Source of the DNA: Chiloscyllium plagiosum
Lineage: Eukaryota
Assembly (NCBI RefSeq): GCF_004010195.1
Contig: NC_057758.1
Span: forward strand, 5,694,998-5,720,645
DNA: 25,648 nucleotides
Direction of reading: 5' to 3'
The translations under genes and the position numbers were made by a program. Positions 19,907 to 25,648 of this stretch are shown here, one piece after another (the stretch's first letter is position 1; every line of letters begins with the position of its first letter). The notes under the pieces were generated by a model. It was not told the DNA's origin. It saw only the letters and a list, made by a program, of their open reading frames with translations, and did not search any database.

Positions 19907-20944
19907 TTTTACATGTACAGGTGCTGCCAGAACTGCTGAGGTTCTCCAGCAGTTTCTATTTTGTTAATCTCTGAGCCAAGATCACGTTTTCAAATTCTGC
20001 TCAGTTTGAGGTGTATCCCAGCGAATCGAGCTGATAGAGAAACGCTGTGCAACGGATAGAGCAATGGCAATCTTTTCTCCCACAATCCCACGCCATTGTG
20101 AAAGGCATCTATATCTGGGATGGTGTTTGCCGTCCACAGGGTTATTGCGAACGTCTCCCAGCAGCAGGAAGGGAAGTAGTCTCCAGTCCAAAGGCTGTGC
20201 TTAATGGTAATACAACTCTGCATTTCCCTTTCACCTTCTCTCCCAGCCAGAGGGGAGCAGGTTCTATGAGGCCGCAGGAGCGAAAGGCAAATGTTGTTTA
20301 CTCTCACCTATGAAAATCTGACCACAAAGATACACACAGCTCCACGTGTTTCACTTTGTGCTTTTCTGTGCCCATTCACAATGCCTAGTCAAAAATGTGG
20401 GACCCCACCAAGAGCCATCAGTCACTCACGCCTGGACTCCGAGATCAAACACTCCAGTGAGTTGGCCATACAGAACAGAAAGATAATTCCCTTCTACGTC
20501 CTTTGATTTAATTCGGCGGAAACCAACCTTTGTGTATTCAGGCAGATTTCGCTACATTTTCACATTTCCAAATTAGCTTCAAACGCTCACTTTGGGTTGT
20601 GCAATTGGATAGAGCAAGGAATTTCAGGAAGGGTTTGCTCCATTAGATAGCACGTATCGAGTCTGGCTGTTAGACCTCGACAAAGGTTCCCAGAACAAAC
20701 CAAACAAGGCAACCTGCACCATGGTTTTTCAATTTGCATCAACCAGAGTACATCCTGCTCCTTTGCTGATTTTCCGTATTTCTTTCAGCCGACATTTAAC
20801 ATTTACACACAGAATGGCATCAGTGCAACAGATTTTGCACATCACTACCTGATGTTGATTGTTTGATGTTGTTGTGTATTTATTTCTTGACCACTTCAAC
20901 AGTCAACATTGACAATTTATTGCTGTCCAAGTCACAGTAAGAAA

Positions 20945-21275
20945 GCTCCACCCTTCATTTCCTTGTTCTCTGTATTCTCATTGCTCCTGATCTTCCTGTT
21001 CACTCATTCTCCATCTGTTTGCATATCTCTTTCTCACCCTAACGCTCGCTATCTCTTTCCATACCTATCTGTACATCTGCTCACAGAACTGTCCCTGAAT
21101 CTCTCTCCCTATTTCTCTTTCCTCCCACATCCACATCTTTTTTCTGTCTGTTTTTTGTCAAGTTTCTCTCTTTATCTATCGTGCAGATTCGTGAGTTGGT
21201 TTTCTCTCTGCATTACCATTTTTACCTCTTGTTGTCTCTCAAAATCTCTCTCTCTCTCTCTCTCACTGTTTCCCT
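20945..21275 (+). repeat. CT-rich low-complexity tract ending in (TC)n
   Basis: Strong pyrimidine bias; about 10 TC units at 21245-21263. Confidence 0.8.
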
Positions 21276-21307
21276 GATGTATCGAAATGCTTCAGATGTT
21301 TAAATAG

Positions 21308-22597
21308 AGTCATAGAGTCATAGTGATGTACAGCATGGAAACCGAAACTTCGGTCCACCTCTTCCAAGCTGATCAAATATCCCAACCTAATCTAGACCCA
21401 CTGCCATCACCTGGCCCATATCAATTATAACCCTTCCGACACATAACCCATTCAAATGACGTTTAAATGTTGCAAATGTAAGAGCCACCACCACTTCCTC
21501 TGGCAACTCATTCCATTCATGTACGCCCTCTGCATGAAAATGTTGTACCTTAGGACTCTTTTACACCTTTCCTTTTTCAAACTCAACCTATGTCCCCCAC
21601 TTCTGGTCTCTGCCACCCCAGGGGAAAATACTTTGTCTATTTGCCACATCCATGCCCCCTCATGACTTTTAAAATTTCTTACGCCTCCGACACTCCAGGG
21701 AAAACTGTCTCAGCCCATTCAAACTCTCCTCCTACCTCAAAATCCTCCAACCCTGGCAACATTTTCGGACGTCTTTTCTGAATGCTTCAAGTGTCACAAA
21801 TTCCTCGCCATTGGAAGGAGACCAGAATTGACCACAATAGTCCAGAAGAGTCCTAACCAATGTCCTTTAATGCTGCAACATCACCTCCTAACTCCTGTAT
21901 TCAATACTCTGACCAATAAAGAAAACCATACCAAATACTGACTTCATCATCCTATCTACCTGAGACTCCACGTTCAATGAGATTTGAACCTCCCCTCCAA
22001 GGTATCTTTACTCAGCAACAATCTCTAGGACATTACCATTAAGTGAATAAATCCTACTAAGATGTTCTTTCCCAAAATGGAGCCCCTCGCATTTATCTCA
22101 CTTAAACTCCATCTGCCACTTCTCAGTCTGTTGGCCTATTTTAATTAGATGCCGTTTTAATCTGAGGTAACCTTCTTCACTGCCCACTGTATCTCCAATT
22201 TTGGTTTCATGTGCAAATTTACTAACTTTGGCTCTTATGCTTACATCCAAATCATTTATGTAAATGAGGAAGAGTGGCGGATCCAGCACCGATTCCTGTG
22301 GCATGCCACTGGCGGCAGGCCTCCAGTTTGGAAAATACAATCCACGAGCCACCCTCTTTCTTCTCGCCTTGAGCCAGTTCTTCATCCCTTTATTCCATGA
22401 GAGCAATCTTGCTAACCAATCTCCCATGTGGAACCTTGTCGAACGCCTTTCTTAAAGATCACATCTAATGCTCTGGCCTCACCAATCCACCTTGCTACTT
22501 TTTTAGAAGACTCTATTAAGTTTGTGAACCATGGTTTCCCATGCTTAAAGTCATGTAGACCATGAGTCCTTGCCTTTCAAAATACTTGTGCATCCTC
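21308..22597 (-). mobile_element. CR1 LINE 3' portion (RT domain end to 3' tail), decayed, cut by the gap
   Basis: [28 protein letters not shown]...VSKFAHETKI...KWQMEF (CR1 RT: [29 protein letters not shown]). Tail repeat TAGAGTCATAGAGTCATAG. Confidence 0.92.
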
Positions 22598-23097
22598 NNN
22601 NNNNNNNNNNNNNNNNNNNNNNNNNNNNNNNNNNNNNNNNNNNNNNNNNNNNNNNNNNNNNNNNNNNNNNNNNNNNNNNNNNNNNNNNNNNNNNNNNNNN
22701 NNNNNNNNNNNNNNNNNNNNNNNNNNNNNNNNNNNNNNNNNNNNNNNNNNNNNNNNNNNNNNNNNNNNNNNNNNNNNNNNNNNNNNNNNNNNNNNNNNNN
22801 NNNNNNNNNNNNNNNNNNNNNNNNNNNNNNNNNNNNNNNNNNNNNNNNNNNNNNNNNNNNNNNNNNNNNNNNNNNNNNNNNNNNNNNNNNNNNNNNNNNN
22901 NNNNNNNNNNNNNNNNNNNNNNNNNNNNNNNNNNNNNNNNNNNNNNNNNNNNNNNNNNNNNNNNNNNNNNNNNNNNNNNNNNNNNNNNNNNNNNNNNNNN
23001 NNNNNNNNNNNNNNNNNNNNNNNNNNNNNNNNNNNNNNNNNNNNNNNNNNNNNNNNNNNNNNNNNNNNNNNNNNNNNNNNNNNNNNNNNNNNNNNNN
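22598..23097. other. Assembly gap (500 N)
   Basis: Run of exactly 500 N; a round size suggests a placeholder scaffolding gap. Confidence 0.99.
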
Positions 23098-25648
23098 TGT
23101 GTTTTGCTTAATGTTGCATTATTTGACCATCAAAGTCGTATCTGGAACGCGGTACCTTACATTTGCCTTAAAATAAGGAAACCATCCTGTTTAGACAGCA
23201 ATCTTAACCTCTTCGGTGTTGATCTGTTATGATCTGGACCATAACAATCCCTTTAGGAGAAGACCAAGAGTTAACCTACATCAGCCCGATGCCAGACCAG
23301 CGAAAAAGACACTATTTCAAATCCATTGCCCACCATCATTCCTTCAACTACTGGATAGACCCAGAAACACAGAACCATGACGAAATCCCTCCCATATCTT
23401 CAAAAAAAAAATCAGGATCCGTGGAAGTCTGGCCAATGATCACAAACTGTAGAAATTGCAGAAACCCTGCATTGAGAATTACGCAAACCGCAACTGGAAG
23501 GCGGAATTGATATCAGCATTACAATCTCTCCCATGTTGACAAAATTAACAATCAAACACCTGGTTATTGTTCAACAGGTTTTTTTGAAATAAACCTTTTA
23601 TCACTATAAGCTGGTGTTTTTTTTTTAAATTTATAACGTGGTCCACCTCCAAATCATGTTTTCCATGTTGGCTGTTGTAGAAAGCAAAGACTCCAAATAC
23701 TCTTCATACGTCAGTGAACGTATCGTTTGGTTCAGTCACAACGGCTACTTCACAAAAAGACATTCCAGTGATGGAAAAACTTCTACAGCAGAGAGATTGG
23801 GCACGGTCCAATTAAAGTCAACATGACATTCAAGACCAATGATTCAAGGAAACAAGAAATTTGGAAGAATTGGGAATTTTTCAGAGACACAGAATTTGTG
23901 ACTTCGTAGGGTTGGATACAGGTGGTTTTGATGCAGAAGTTAAGCATATACACCGAAAATGTCGATGCTAACTCTAGTGTCAAGAATAAAACTTGGATGG
24001 AGCTCATGTGTCATCACACGGTATTGAAATAAGTATGTCAAAGATCAGATTAGATTTATCCAATCTAATTCTGTCGAAAATGCATGGATTGAAGATTTCA
24101 GCTCCAGATCATCGTGTGTTATATTATCTCCGGTCTCTGAAAATCAAAGACCAGTTATTGGTGAGACAAAAGGTAACCTCCTGTTTCCATGCAATAAAGC
24201 AGCTTTTCATACGAACACAAGAAAGGAGGACTCCGTTGAACTCTTGAAGCACATTCCACCATTCACCGACATAGGGGTTGCCTCTCTTGCCGAACTCCGA
24301 ATTCCTGCTTTTTGCCCATAATACTTAGTGTTTTGGGGCAACAAAAGTCGAACAACTCATCCAGAATTCACTCTTGTTTGTGCAAGATCGTTTCAAACTT
24401 CCATGTGTACAAGTGCTTCGCAATATCTCTGGTCCTAAACGTCATACAAAGCCCACTACTTCTATAATATCCAACCCGCAAAATAAATTTATGTTTATCC
24501 ACACTTCCCGTCCCCCAACTCCGACTCCCTTGACAGTATGAAGATTTCCATCAAACCTTTACCTTTCTAAATTCTAGAGTCAAAATGCTAAATTGTATAA
24601 TCATCATACCGTAACCCTGAAGAACATGCATCATTTCTGTAATCCTGTATTGTACTCGCTCCATCGCCAACATGCCCTTCCTATCCTTGAAAACAAAGGC
24701 CCATGGTGTGCTTGCCTTCATTGGAAGTGGCAAAGAATACAAGAACAGACAAGTTATTCTGCAATTTTATCGAACTTTGGTTAGGTCACACTTGTAATAT
24801 TGCGCACAGTTCTTTTCACCACACTACCAGAATGCTTTGCCGACGGTGCAATAACGTTTTAGGGGGATGGACAATGTTAGCTGTGAAGAATGTTTGCACA
24901 AACTGGCTTTGTTTTCAATGGAATGCAGGAGAGTGAGGGGCGACTTGATAGATGTTTATCAAATTGTAAATGCATGGACCGTGTGGAATTCAGGACACTT
25001 TTTTTCACATTTTGGAGAGTCCGTTTACTAAGCGACTCAGGTTCCAGGCTTTGGAGGAAGTGGGGGCTGTGCTGTGGAGAGAGTTTCGGGATTGTTGGTA
25101 GCTTTAAAAGAGATTTGCAAGGCAAGTCGTTGACGCAAATGGTGTTGAATGCCTGGAACAGGCGGCCAGAGGAGGTGTGGATGTAGACACAACAGCAGCA
25201 TTCAAGAAGCACTGGACGAATGCATGATTAGGAAGGGAAAGGACGAATACAGAATCTGCAAGTTAAGACAATGTAAAATTTATCACCACAGGTTTGGGGG
25301 CGGAGGGGTTGTTCCTGTTCTGAATTGTTATTTGCTGTTGGATAAAATTGACTGTCGAGACAGTAGAGGGTGAGAGGGAAGAAGAGAGCGCAATGGCGAC
25401 ATGGAGAGATAGCGAGTTGGTGAACAATGATGGAGAGGAAGGCAGGAAGGAAGAAAAGATACAGTTGTCCAGTGGAATAGACGAATGTAGAGAGTCAAGC
25501 AAATTGTACAGCAGAAGAATTATAGGGAGTGAGAGTGTGCGCGATGGCAGACCTGCCGAATGATGCCTCCTTTTGTTTTGAACCCAGAGTGGGCAGACTG
25601 ATCGACAAGTGCCAAATAACATGTGCTGGAAGATTGAAACAAGCCAGT
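23098..25648 (-). repeat. Segmental duplication, copy 2 (bounded by the gap and the window end)
   Basis: Reverse complement of 1722-4274, including the same CR1 fragments and the end of the same solo LTR. Confidence 0.95.

Noticed and set aside
20789..20940. Acceptor-like TTTCTTTCAG followed by scattered Cys codons and YCCPS
   Set aside because: An early stop and Cys spacing that does not fit a defensin; could easily be chance.
22562..23232. ORFs of 204 and 220 aa
   Set aside because: Artefacts of translating through the 500-N gap.

Overview
Eukaryotic, repeat-rich genomic DNA. The repeat families (HE1-like V-SINE, CR1 LINEs, Penelope-like elements, a SCAN-gag Gypsy element) suggest a cartilaginous fish, probably a shark; this is an inference. 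Almost all ORFs in the supplied track are spurious or come from transposons. The main signal is a beta-defensin locus. One intact two-exon gene lies on the + strand (CDS 17218-17308 + 18639-18757; 69 aa: MKSLLLLLIVLVLVEPITADGESRPRFFLLASMKYCLVQGGICRRSLCLPHEIPSSGFCEHGGFCCQRK; C-X6-C-X4-C-X10-C-X5-CC) with a TATA box, a GT/AG phase-1 intron and AATAAA. At least two decayed paralogues lie on the - strand and share its promoter motif and signal-peptide exon. One is head-to-head with the intact gene, and its intron is swollen by a nested CR1 > LTR > Penelope insertion. Several weaker defensin-like relics are scattered through the window, some inside an inverted ~2.55 kb segmental duplication (1722-4274 vs 23098-25648). 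Also present: a 51-bp CR1-derived minisatellite in the introns of two paralogues, decayed Penelope hammerhead-ribozyme motifs, and a 500-N assembly gap. All alignments were made by eye; no database search was possible.
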